Assembly (NCBI GenBank): GCA_049514315.1
Contig: JBEKVD010000007.1
Span: forward strand, 11,719-75,718
DNA length: 64,000 bases
Origin: Candidatus Limnocylindrales bacterium
GTDB taxonomy: Bacteria > Chloroflexota > Limnocylindria > Limnocylindrales > CSP1-4
Reading direction: 5' to 3'
Shown in pieces: positions 27,928-36,596 of the stretch. The notes beneath the pieces are model-generated. The model saw only the letters and a program-made list of their open reading frames with translations. It ran no database searches and was not told the DNA's origin. The translations under genes were made by a program, and so were the position numbers. Within the stretch, counting starts at the first letter, position 1; each line of letters begins with the position of its first letter.

Positions 27928-28854
27928 CTAGAGGTCCCGGTCGAGCGGGATCCCCCGGCTGGACTCGACCATCTCCGGTCGGTCGAGCGGGGTCCGGCCC
28001 AGGATCTCGTCGAGCACGCCATCGTCCAGTTGTGTGCTTTCGGCCGGCCCGGGGAAGGTACCCGCGGTCACGTCGGCCCGGAAGGACTCGGCGGCGGACC
28101 TGATGATCGAATGCAGATCGGCGTAGGGGCGGGCGTGCCTGGGCGTGAAGTCTGCGCTCATGCCGAGCAGGTCCGTGACGACCTGGACCTGGCCCGAGCA
28201 GCCGGCCCCGGCGCCGATGCCGATCGTCGGCACGCGCAGCCGCTCGGTGATGGCGGAGGCCAATCCCTCGGGAACGAGCTCGAGGACGATCGCGAAGGCC
28301 CCGGCTCCCTGGACGGCCAGGGCGTCGGCGAGGAGCTGGCGTCCGGCCTCGCGCGTCTTCCCCTGGACGCGGTGTCCCCCCAGCTGGTGAATCGACTGCG
28401 GCGTCAGGCCGATGTGGCCCATGACCGGAATCCCGGCCCGGACGATCGTTTCGATAGTACGAGCGCTTCGCTCGCCGCCTTCGAGCTTGACGGCCCCGGC
28501 GCCGCCCTCGCGCATCAGGACGCCCGCGTTCTCCAGGCTGGCCTCCGGCGTCACGCCGTAGGAGAGGAACGGCATGTCGGCCACGACCAGGGCCCGGCGC
28601 GTGCCCCTGACCACGGCCCTGGTGTGATGGAGCATCTCGGTCATCGTCACCCGTACGGTGGTGTCGTAGCCGAGCATGACCTGGCCCAGCGAGTCGCCGA
28701 CGAGGAGCATGGGAATGCCCGCCTCGTCGAGGATCCGGGCCGTGGGGTAGTCATACGCCGTCAGCATGGCGATTCGCTCGCCTGCAGCATGGAGGCGGGC
28801 AATGGAAGCGATCGTCAACCGCGCAGCCTGCCCGGGCGACGGCGACTGACTCAC
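27928..28854 (-). CDS. panB: 3-methyl-2-oxobutanoate hydroxymethyltransferase
   Basis: MLTAYDYPTARILDEAGIPMLLVGDSLGQVMLGY. Confidence 0.92.
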   Translation of the reverse strand: MSQSPSPGQAARLTIASIARLHAAGERIAMLTAYDYPTARILDEAGIPMLLVGDSLGQVMLGYDTTVRVTMTEMLHHTRAVVRGTRRALVVADMPFLSYGVTPEASLENAGVLMREGGAGAVKLEGGERSARTIETIVRAGIPVMGHIGLTPQSIHQLGGHRVQGKTREAGRQLLADALAVQGAGAFAIVLELVPEGLASAITERLRVPTIGIGAGAGCSGQVQVVTDLLGMSADFTPRHARPYADLHSIIRSAAESFRADVTAGTFPGPAESTQLDDGVLDEILGRTPLDRPEMVESSRGIPLDRDL

Positions 28855-30293
28855 CGGTCGACCTCCCGTGGGGCGGTCGCGCCGGTTGCGTCCACCTCCC
28901 GACGGCTCGCCGGGCGACCGCTCGTCGCCGACTCGGTGTCTCCCGGGCCGCCCCGGGCGGCGACCAGGCGAACGAGGACCCGATCGAGGAGAAGCTCGGC
29001 GACCTCGCGCTTGGGCAGGAGCGGCAGCTCCTCGGGTGGCGCGTCGACCGAGTAGATCGTGACCCTGTCCGTGTCGGTGCCGAAACCGGAGCCGGGCTCG
29101 GTCACGTCGTTGGCCGCCAGCAGGTCCAGGCCTTTTGTGCGGAGCTTCCCGGCGACCCTCTCGAACGAGCCGGTCTCCGCCGCGAAGCCGACGAGGATGG
29201 GGTGGCGAGCGCCCGCGGAGCGAGACCCTGCCCTGACTCGTTCGGCCGTTTCGGCCAGCAGATCCGGTGTGGCGTCCATTCGGAGAGTCAGCCCGGTCGA
29301 CCGGCCGATCTTGGTGGCAGATGGGGAACGCGGCCGGAAATCGGCCACTGCCGCGGCCATGACGAGAACGTCGAAACGCGGCCCCGCGGCCGGCGTGAGG
29401 GTCCGCAGGACCGCCTCCATCTCGGCGGCGGTCTCAGCCCGAACCACGCGGGCTCGGGCGGGCGGCTCGACCGAAACGTGGCCCAGGACCAGCGTCACGG
29501 CCGCGCCACGATCGAGGGCGTTCTCGGCCACTGCGATCCCCATCTTGCCCGTCGAGCGATTGCCCACGAAGCGGACCGGGTCGATCGGCTCGGCGGTGCC
29601 CCCGGCCGTGACGACGACGTGAAGGCCGGCCAGGTCGCTCCGCGAAGGGGTCGGCTCGACCGGAGCCGCGAACTCGGCGGCTGCAGGCGCGCCTCCCACG
29701 GCCGCCCGCCCTTCACCGGCGGGGGCCGACGCGGCGCTCAGCGCCTCGACCGTGGCATCGACGATGCGCTCCAGGCCCGCGAGCCGGCCCCGGCCGACCA
29801 TGCCGGAGGCGAGCACGCCCGATTCCGGTTCGACGATGCGGTAGCCGAATTCGCGGAGACGGGCAACGTTCGCCTGCGTCGCCGGGTGGGCATACATCCC
29901 GCCGTCCATGGCCGGAGCGACGACCACCGGCACCGACGCTGCCAGGCAGGCTGCCGTCACGGCGTCGCTTGCCAGGCCGTTGGCCATGGCCCCGAGCCAG
30001 TGCGCCGTGGCCGGCGCCACGACGATGGCCTCGACATCGTTGGCGGCGGCTATGTGGCCGATGCGCCCGTCGCCCTGGAGCGCCAGAACGTCGGCATCGA
30101 CCGGGTGGCCGCTCAGCGTCTCCAGCGTGAGCGGGCCGACGAACTCCACGGCGGAGGGCGTCATGAGCACCCGAACGTCCGCTCCCTCCCTCTGGAGCAT
30201 GCGCATCAACTCGATCGACTTGTAAGCCGCGATCGAGCCGGTGATGCCCAGCGCGATCCGGCGCTTCTCCAGGCGTTTCGCCGGCTTACTCAT
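28851..30293 (-). CDS. coaBC: Bifunctional phosphopantothenoylcysteine decarboxylase / phosphopantothenate-cysteine ligase
   Basis: Flavoprotein N-domain (IALGITGSIAAYKSIELMR) plus the DFP C-domain (VTAGGTAEPIDPVRFVGNRSTGKMG). Confidence 0.92.
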   Translation of the reverse strand: MSKPAKRLEKRRIALGITGSIAAYKSIELMRMLQREGADVRVLMTPSAVEFVGPLTLETLSGHPVDADVLALQGDGRIGHIAAANDVEAIVVAPATAHWLGAMANGLASDAVTAACLAASVPVVVAPAMDGGMYAHPATQANVARLREFGYRIVEPESGVLASGMVGRGRLAGLERIVDATVEALSAASAPAGEGRAAVGGAPAAAEFAAPVEPTPSRSDLAGLHVVVTAGGTAEPIDPVRFVGNRSTGKMGIAVAENALDRGAAVTLVLGHVSVEPPARARVVRAETAAEMEAVLRTLTPAAGPRFDVLVMAAAVADFRPRSPSATKIGRSTGLTLRMDATPDLLAETAERVRAGSRSAGARHPILVGFAAETGSFERVAGKLRTKGLDLLAANDVTEPGSGFGTDTDRVTIYSVDAPPEELPLLPKREVAELLLDRVLVRLVAARGGPGDTESATSGRPASRREVDATGATAPREVDR

Positions 30294-31159
30294 CGCCCGC
30301 GCTCCGAGATGACGTGGATCGATCCGACAGCGCTTCCGGTCCAGCCCACGGTCGCGTCACCGGGAACTTCCGGCTCGCCGCTGGCCAGGGCCCACAGGAG
30401 GGCCAGACCCTTGAGGGTCAGCTCCGGGTCGATCGCGTCGACGCCGGGCAGGTTTCGCGACCAGGGCGCGGTGGAGAGCCCGCCGGTCAGTACGACGTGG
30501 ATGGTCGCTGGGTCGACCTTCTCGGTTTGGGCAAGCTCAGCCCGGATCCTGTCCAGCAGTCCGAGGGTCAGGGCCCTGTAGCCGATGATCACGCCGGACT
30601 GCATTGCCGAGATCGTATCCGTGCCGATGGCTTTCTCGGGCTCCTTCAGCTCGATCAGTGGCAGGCGGGCAGCACGGGAGGCGAGGGCCTCGAGACCCAG
30701 TTCGAGGCCGGGCGCAATGGCCCCGCCCAGGTAGGCGCCGTCGCGGGCAACGCAGTCGAGGGTAGTGGCCGTGCCGAAGTCGACGACGATCGCAGGGGTG
30801 CCGTAGAGCCGGGCCACTGCCAGGCTGTTGACCAGGCGGTCCGGACCGACCTCGGTTGGGCGCTGGACGCGAATGGGCATCGGGATGTTCCCGGACCCGG
30901 CTACCAGGAGCCTCACGCCGCGGCGCTCGGCCATTGCCTCGGTGGCGCCGGTCAGGCTGGGCACGACCGAGGCCACGACGATGCCGGTAACGTCGGCCAG
31001 CGACGCACCGTCGAGGCGGAGCAGGCTGTCCACGAGCGCTTCGAGCTCGTCGGGTGTGCTGGCGGCTCGCGTGGCCGCCCTCCGGGCAGCCAGGATCGCC
31101 GCTTCGTGGACGAGGCCCATGGTCATGTTGGTGTTGCCGATGTCGAGCGCGAGCAGCAT
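30290..31159 (-). CDS. coaX: Type III pantothenate kinase
   Basis: MLLALDIGNTNMTMGL...VVDFGTATT. Confidence 0.9.
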   Translation of the reverse strand: MLLALDIGNTNMTMGLVHEAAILAARRAATRAASTPDELEALVDSLLRLDGASLADVTGIVVASVVPSLTGATEAMAERRGVRLLVAGSGNIPMPIRVQRPTEVGPDRLVNSLAVARLYGTPAIVVDFGTATTLDCVARDGAYLGGAIAPGLELGLEALASRAARLPLIELKEPEKAIGTDTISAMQSGVIIGYRALTLGLLDRIRAELAQTEKVDPATIHVVLTGGLSTAPWSRNLPGVDAIDPELTLKGLALLWALASGEPEVPGDATVGWTGSAVGSIHVISERGR

Positions 31160-31323
31160 GTCCCGATGATAGCGCCCCGAAACCCACGCTCCAGATTCGA
31201 GGCTACAGATCGGGGCCCAGGGGTCGATGTCTACCTTGTTTCCGCCACCGCGGCTGAGGTACGATCCGTTTGTCCGTCACCGGCGCCCCAATCGTCACCC
31301 CGTTGCCCCGTGGAGGAGTGGTC

Positions 31324-31749
31324 TTGTCCGTGCCGCCTGCGAAGTTCTTCGTGAATCGCGGGATCGTCTCCAGCCGGACCGACCTGCTCAACATCCTCCG
31401 ACCCCTCGAGAAACAGACCGTCGCCTATCGGTATTACCGGGGCCACGAGCTGGTTCAGCATGGGTTGGGCTGGGTGGAGCGGATCGTGGCGAATGAGCCG
31501 GAGACGTCGACGTTCTTCACCCCGCTCTCGATCTGCCTGAACGTCGATTCGTTCGAGCACCTCGAGTTCGAGACCCGTCCAGACCAGTTGCTCACGTACC
31601 GCCTTGTCCAGGGGGACGAGACGGTCGCTATCGATTTCGCGCCTGGCGGCACGGCAGCGGGCGACCCGTCCGAGCCCCGCCAGCTCGAGTTCGATACCTC
31701 CGGCTATGTCCAGATGGAGCTGCTCGGCCCCGACTCCGTCGAGGACTAG
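31324..31749 (+). CDS. Hypothetical protein (no recognisable domain)
   Basis: TTG 31324 is preceded by GGAGGAG at 5 nt spacing. Composition is balanced (FFVNRGIVSSRTDLLNILRPLEKQTVAYRYYRGHE...). The start is uncertain; the ORF is open from 31270. Confidence 0.5.
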   Translation: MSVPPAKFFVNRGIVSSRTDLLNILRPLEKQTVAYRYYRGHELVQHGLGWVERIVANEPETSTFFTPLSICLNVDSFEHLEFETRPDQLLTYRLVQGDETVAIDFAPGGTAAGDPSEPRQLEFDTSGYVQMELLGPDSVED

Positions 31750-31933
31750 TGAGGGAGTCCGATCGGGCGAATCCGTGACCGGCCCGGCGCGGCGGGCATC
31801 GACCCGGCGATGGCGTGGTGGGGCCCCGTGGAGATGCGGCCGGGAGGAGGCACCGCCCGGGATCGAGTTCCAAGCCTCGCGTGTGGGTAGCGACGAGGTG
31901 AGAGCGCAGGAGGAGAGGACATTGGACGCAGTC

Positions 31934-33298
31934 ATGGGCCCGATAGCCCGCTACTTCAAGTTCGCCGAGCGCGGCACCAACATCGTCACCGAGACCCGGG
32001 CTGGCCTGACCACCTTCATGGTCATGGCCTACATCATCTTCCTAAACGGCAGCATCATCGCCAAGCCGCTCGGACTCGATCCTATCGCCGTCGCCGCCGG
32101 AACCTGCCTCTGCGCCGGCGTGCTGACGATCGCCATGGGCGTGGTCTCGAACTACCCCTTCGCGCTCGCCGCAGGCCTGGGCATCAACGCTATCGTCGCC
32201 TACACTCTCGCGGCACCGAAGGCAAACGGCGGCCTGGGAATGACGGCGGCCGCCGCGATGGGCGTCATCGTGGTCGAAGGCGTGGTCATCACGATCCTCG
32301 TCATCCTCGGTCTCCGAGAGGCCATCATGCGGGCGGTTCCGCTCGCCCTGAAGCGGTCGATCGGCGTCGGCATCGGACTCTTCATCCTGTTCATCGGGCT
32401 GTCGAACGGCGGCCTCATCGGTGGCTCGAATTCAGCCTACGGCTCCGTGCCCCCGGTAGGCCTTCGACCCATCGTCGAACTCTCGCAGTGGATCTTCCTG
32501 GTCGGTCTGCTGATCACTTTCGTCCTCTACGCGCTGCGCATCAAGGCGGCGCTGATCATCAGCATCGTGGTGACCTCCCTCCTTGCCTTCGTGACCGGCG
32601 TGACCGCGGCGCCGGCCGAATGGACCGTGACCCCGAGTTGGACGGGCCTCTTCTATGGCGCGTCCGACCTGAATGGGACCTTCACCCAGGTCGCCCTGAT
32701 CACGGCGATCCTCACGATCTTCGCGATCATGCTGAGCGACTTCTTCGACACCATGGGCACGGTCACCGGTATCGCGGCCGAGGCCGGCCTGGCAGATGCC
32801 GATGGCTCTGTTCCGGGGATCGGGCGCGTCCTCCTGGTCGACTCGATCGCGGCGGCGGTCGGTGGATTCGTCGGCGTTAGTTCGAATACCACCTACATCG
32901 AGTCGGCGGCGGGCGTCGCGGAAGGCGGCCGCACCGGCTTCACGGCCGTCGTGACCGGCGTCCTGTTCCTGATCGCGATCCTGCTTTCACCGCTGGCCAA
33001 CCTTGTCGCCGGAGTCGCCACGGCCCCCGCGCTCGTCCTCGTCGGCTACCTGATGTTCACCCTGGTCAAGGACATCAACGTCGCCGACCTGGAGGATGGC
33101 CTACCGGCTCTGATGACGATGATCGTCATGCCGCTCACCTACAGCATCACCGACGGCATCGGTGCCGGGTTCATCACCTGGGCGCTGCTCAAGATCGTCA
33201 AGGGCAAGTGGCGCGAGATCCACTGGCTGATGGCCGTGGTTACTCTCGCGTTCGTCGTCTACTTTGCTCAGAACTGGATCCTGGAGGTCTGGCACTGA
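31934..33298 (+). CDS. NCS2 family nucleobase permease (AzgA/PbuG-type adenine/guanine/hypoxanthine)
   Basis: N-terminus MGPIARYFKFAERGTNIVTETRAGLTTFMVMAYIIFLN is diagnostic for the AzgA subfamily. AGGAGGAGAGG lies upstream. Confidence 0.88.
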   Translation: MGPIARYFKFAERGTNIVTETRAGLTTFMVMAYIIFLNGSIIAKPLGLDPIAVAAGTCLCAGVLTIAMGVVSNYPFALAAGLGINAIVAYTLAAPKANGGLGMTAAAAMGVIVVEGVVITILVILGLREAIMRAVPLALKRSIGVGIGLFILFIGLSNGGLIGGSNSAYGSVPPVGLRPIVELSQWIFLVGLLITFVLYALRIKAALIISIVVTSLLAFVTGVTAAPAEWTVTPSWTGLFYGASDLNGTFTQVALITAILTIFAIMLSDFFDTMGTVTGIAAEAGLADADGSVPGIGRVLLVDSIAAAVGGFVGVSSNTTYIESAAGVAEGGRTGFTAVVTGVLFLIAILLSPLANLVAGVATAPALVLVGYLMFTLVKDINVADLEDGLPALMTMIVMPLTYSITDGIGAGFITWALLKIVKGKWREIHWLMAVVTLAFVVYFAQNWILEVWH

Positions 33299-33400
33299 TC
33301 CGAGGCGATCGCGGCGGCCGGGACCCGAGAGGGTGCCGGCCGCCGCGTTTCTGCGATTGCCCCAACGCCCCGTGTTGGGTGCGGCCACCTTTCCGCTAGC

Positions 33401-34687
33401 ATGCGCTCGATGTACGAACGCACAGCGCTACCGGGCGGGCCGCGCGTCATCACTTCGCGCCTCCCGGGAGCGCGTTCCGTCTCGATCGCCGCCTATGTCC
33501 TGGCCGGCTCGCGCCTCGAGTCGGCCGAAGAGGCGGGGGCGGCGCATTTCATGGAGCACGTCACCTTCAAGGGGACGGCCGGGTACCCCACAACTCGCGC
33601 AGTCTCGGAGGCGATAGAGGGGATCGGTGGCAGCCTCAACGCCGCCACCGACCGCGAGTCGACGGTCTACTGGGCGCGCGTTCCCCTGCGGGAGTCCGAG
33701 CGGGGAATGGACGTCCTCGGAGAGCTCATCGTCCGGCCGCAGCTGCGCGGTCACGAGATCGAGTCGGAGCGAGCCGTCATCGTCGAGGAGATCCGGTCCT
33801 ACCTCGACGACCCCGGCGAGCATGTCCACGCCCTCTTCGATCTCGCGATGTTCGGCGACACGCCTCTCGGTCGTGAGATCGCCGGCAGTGAGGAGAGCGT
33901 CCGTGCGCTCCCGGAGGAGAACCTGCGGGCCTTCTGGGCGTCTGCCTATCGGCCGGGCAACGTCGTCGTCTCGGCGGCCGGCGACATCTCCCATGCCGAG
34001 ATCGTGACCCTCGTCGAGCGCGCATTCGGCACCGGCGAGGCCAACCGTTCGACCTTCGCGCCGGCTCCGACCCTCCCGGCGGGCGAACGGGTGATGATCG
34101 CTCGACGCGACACGACGCAGGCTCAGATCTGCCTGGGGGTCCCAGGCCTGAGGCGAGATGACCCGCAGGCCTGGACGCTCGAGGTCCTGAACGCCATCCT
34201 CGGCGACGGCATGAGCAGCCGTCTCTTCCAGTCCGTCCGCGAGGAGAAGGGCCTCGCCTACGATGTCAGCTCGTACGTGGTCGACTACGCCGATGCCGGC
34301 GCGTTCGTTGTCTCAGCCGGCGTCGATCCAGACAGGATCGCTCCCGCGGTGGCGGCAATCCTGGACGAGATGGCTCGTCTTCGCGATGAGGTCGTGCCCC
34401 CCGACGAACTGGAACTCTCGAAGCGCTATCTGGCCGGCCGGCTCGAGCTGCGAATGGAGGAGACGCGTCACGTGGCCTCGTGGATGGGCGGACAGGAAGC
34501 CCTGCACGAGCGCGTCCTGACCCCGGAAGCCGCACTGTCCGAGCTGAACGCCGTGACGAGTGAAGCGATCCACTCACTCGCCCGCCGGCTGATTCGCGAC
34601 GATGGCCTGCGGCTCTCCGTCGTGGCGCCACCGCGGCGGGGTCGCCGTCTCGATTCGCTTCTGCGACTGCCGGGGGGCGGGGCGTGA
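33401..34687 (+). CDS. M16 family zinc peptidase (insulinase-like)
   Basis: Inverted zinc motif HxxEH in GAAHFMEHVTFKGT, plus the downstream E of the M16 signature. Confidence 0.88.
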   Translation: MRSMYERTALPGGPRVITSRLPGARSVSIAAYVLAGSRLESAEEAGAAHFMEHVTFKGTAGYPTTRAVSEAIEGIGGSLNAATDRESTVYWARVPLRESERGMDVLGELIVRPQLRGHEIESERAVIVEEIRSYLDDPGEHVHALFDLAMFGDTPLGREIAGSEESVRALPEENLRAFWASAYRPGNVVVSAAGDISHAEIVTLVERAFGTGEANRSTFAPAPTLPAGERVMIARRDTTQAQICLGVPGLRRDDPQAWTLEVLNAILGDGMSSRLFQSVREEKGLAYDVSSYVVDYADAGAFVVSAGVDPDRIAPAVAAILDEMARLRDEVVPPDELELSKRYLAGRLELRMEETRHVASWMGGQEALHERVLTPEAALSELNAVTSEAIHSLARRLIRDDGLRLSVVAPPRRGRRLDSLLRLPGGGA

Positions 34688-35934
34688 GGTTCGGGCCGAG
34701 GCCGCGCCGGCGCCACGCGGCCAAGCCCATCGAGGCTCCAGCGATCGGGATCGACGCCCGGCCCGGAGACCGGACCAGCGTGACGCATCCGACCGTCGAC
34801 GCGCCCGGCGGGCAGATCTCGCTCGAGGCTTCGGACGTGGACGCCCCCGTCCTGGTCCGTGTCTCGCCGGAGGCGCTCGACGTGGAGGCAGACCTGAGTG
34901 GCGAGGATCCTGGCGTGGCGCTGGACGTGCCAGGCGATCAGGTGGCCCAGGGGTCGACGGCTTTCGCCGGCGGCGACCCGGGCCGGGCGGGGGCCGATGC
35001 GCCATCCGTCGACCTTCAGGCGGAGCCCGAGGTTGATCGGCCGGTCGAGGCCCTTCCCGCCGAGGAGCCGTCGCTCGAGATCAGACTGGCCCGCATCCAC
35101 CTGAGGACGGGATCGCTGGCGATGGCACGGTTCAAGCTCGAGACCCTCGCGGGCCGCGAAGGCCTGGACATGGCCGCTCTCCTCGATCTGGCGGAGGCGC
35201 GATGGCGAACGGGCGACCTCGACGGCGCCGGCGACGCTGCGACCGCGTACCTCGCCGACGGTGGCACCGACCCCCTCGGCGCTGCGATCGCGGCCGAGGC
35301 GGCCGCCCGGACCACCCGGCACGCCGACCCCGGGCGCCATGACCCCGGCGCGACCGGGGCGATTTCCGTCGTCGAACCCGGCGCCGGGATCGGGCCAGAG
35401 AGCGCGAGATCCCAGGACGCCCCGGTCGCGCCGAAGGCCGTTGAGAAAGCCACCGCGGCGGAAGTGCCCCTGACCGGGCCGACCGCGGCCTGGCGGACCC
35501 GGGAAGCCGTCGAGGCGGGCTGCGAGGTGGCGGCCGGTAGGTCCTGCCTGGAAGCCGACGATTCGCTGCTCGCCGCCGCCCATCTCGGTGTGGCCATCCG
35601 GCTCGCGCCGGAGCTCGCCGGCGTCGTCCTGGAAGCCATCGGGGAACGGTCGGACCTGCCGCTCCGGCTCGTTCGGGGCGATGCCCTGCGGCTGCTCGGC
35701 CTCGAGGATGACGCCCGAGAGGCGTATCTGTCCGTGGTCGGGGCGCTGAACGCCAGGGGATCGACTCCGGAGGCGGCGCAGGCCGTAACGACCCTGACGG
35801 CGAGTGCAGGCCTGGCGGCGCCCGCCGTATCGCCCGCCGAGCGGCCGGTCGAACCGGCCGCCCTCCACGTCGGCCGCACCAGAGCCGTCACCGCAGGCCG
35901 CCATCGAGGGTCCCCTCCGCCAGGCAGGGACTAG
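34684..35934 (+). CDS. Hypothetical acidic/Ala-rich protein with TPR-like helical repeats
   Basis: GTGA overlap with the peptidase gene. D/E/L/A-rich sequence (ARFKLETLAGREGLDMAALLDLAEARWRTGDLDGAGDAATAYL), whereas the opposite-strand frames are Arg/Pro/Ser-rich. Confidence 0.55.
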   Translation: MRFGPRPRRRHAAKPIEAPAIGIDARPGDRTSVTHPTVDAPGGQISLEASDVDAPVLVRVSPEALDVEADLSGEDPGVALDVPGDQVAQGSTAFAGGDPGRAGADAPSVDLQAEPEVDRPVEALPAEEPSLEIRLARIHLRTGSLAMARFKLETLAGREGLDMAALLDLAEARWRTGDLDGAGDAATAYLADGGTDPLGAAIAAEAAARTTRHADPGRHDPGATGAISVVEPGAGIGPESARSQDAPVAPKAVEKATAAEVPLTGPTAAWRTREAVEAGCEVAAGRSCLEADDSLLAAAHLGVAIRLAPELAGVVLEAIGERSDLPLRLVRGDALRLLGLEDDAREAYLSVVGALNARGSTPEAAQAVTTLTASAGLAAPAVSPAERPVEPAALHVGRTRAVTAGRHRGSPPPGRD

Positions 35935-36000
35935 CGAGCCAGGTGCGGATGGGGCGCTAAACTCGCCATCGAATCACCAATCACCAGGGGAACCCGTGCA

Positions 36001-36465
36001 GTGATCGAGCGCACCCTCGTTCTCGTCAAGCCCGACGGCGTCCAGCGTCTGCTGATCGGCCGGATCATCGCCCGCTACGAAGAGCGCGGCCTCAAGATCG
36101 TCGGACTCAAGCTGGTCCAAGTCGATCGCGCCCTGGCCGAGCGCCACTACGCGGTCCACAGGGGCAAGCCGTTCTTCGAGAGTCTCGTCGCCTTCATCAC
36201 GTCGGGGCCGCTTGTCGCGCTGGCGATCGAGGGGCCCGACTCGATCGCATACGTTCGGACGATGAACGGTGCCACACGGCCGAGTGAGGCTGCCCCGGGG
36301 ACGATCCGGGGCGACCTCGCGGTGGAGCTGGGGCAGAACCTGGTCCACGCGTCGGACGGTGCCGAGAGCGCCGCCACCGAGCTCGCGATCTGGTTCCGCC
36401 CGGACGAGCTGCTGTCCTACGAGCGCGAGATCGACCGTTGGGTCGCGGGGCCGGGAGCCTCCTGA
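36001..36465 (+). CDS. ndk: Nucleoside-diphosphate kinase
   Basis: [36 protein letters not shown]...NLVHASD. Confidence 0.93.
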   Translation: MIERTLVLVKPDGVQRLLIGRIIARYEERGLKIVGLKLVQVDRALAERHYAVHRGKPFFESLVAFITSGPLVALAIEGPDSIAYVRTMNGATRPSEAAPGTIRGDLAVELGQNLVHASDGAESAATELAIWFRPDELLSYEREIDRWVAGPGAS

Positions 36466-36476
36466 TAGCCTGAGCT

Positions 36477-36550
36477 ACGCGGGCGCCCCAGGCTGGCGCC
36501 GATGGGGCACGCGGGCGCCCCAGTCGCGCGCCGATGGGGCACGCGGCGCC
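36477..36550. repeat. 32-bp tandem repeat, about 2.3 copies, between convergent genes; each unit can form a GGGGC/GCCCC hairpin
   Basis: ACGCGGGCGCCCCAG(G/T)C(T/G)(G/C)GCGCCGATGGGGC at 36477 and 36509, with a partial third copy. Confidence 0.85.
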
Positions 36551-36596
36551 TTGGTGGTCGCTGGCCGATGATGCCGGCGGGGGCCGGAGTCCTCCG

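Noticed and set aside
31750-31933. Purine riboswitch upstream of the AzgA-type nucleobase permease.
   Set aside because: The conserved purine-riboswitch core (UAUAAU...GGAUAUGG...CCGUAAAU...CUACUAUG-like junctions) is not visible. The region is GC-rich with no matching three-way junction.
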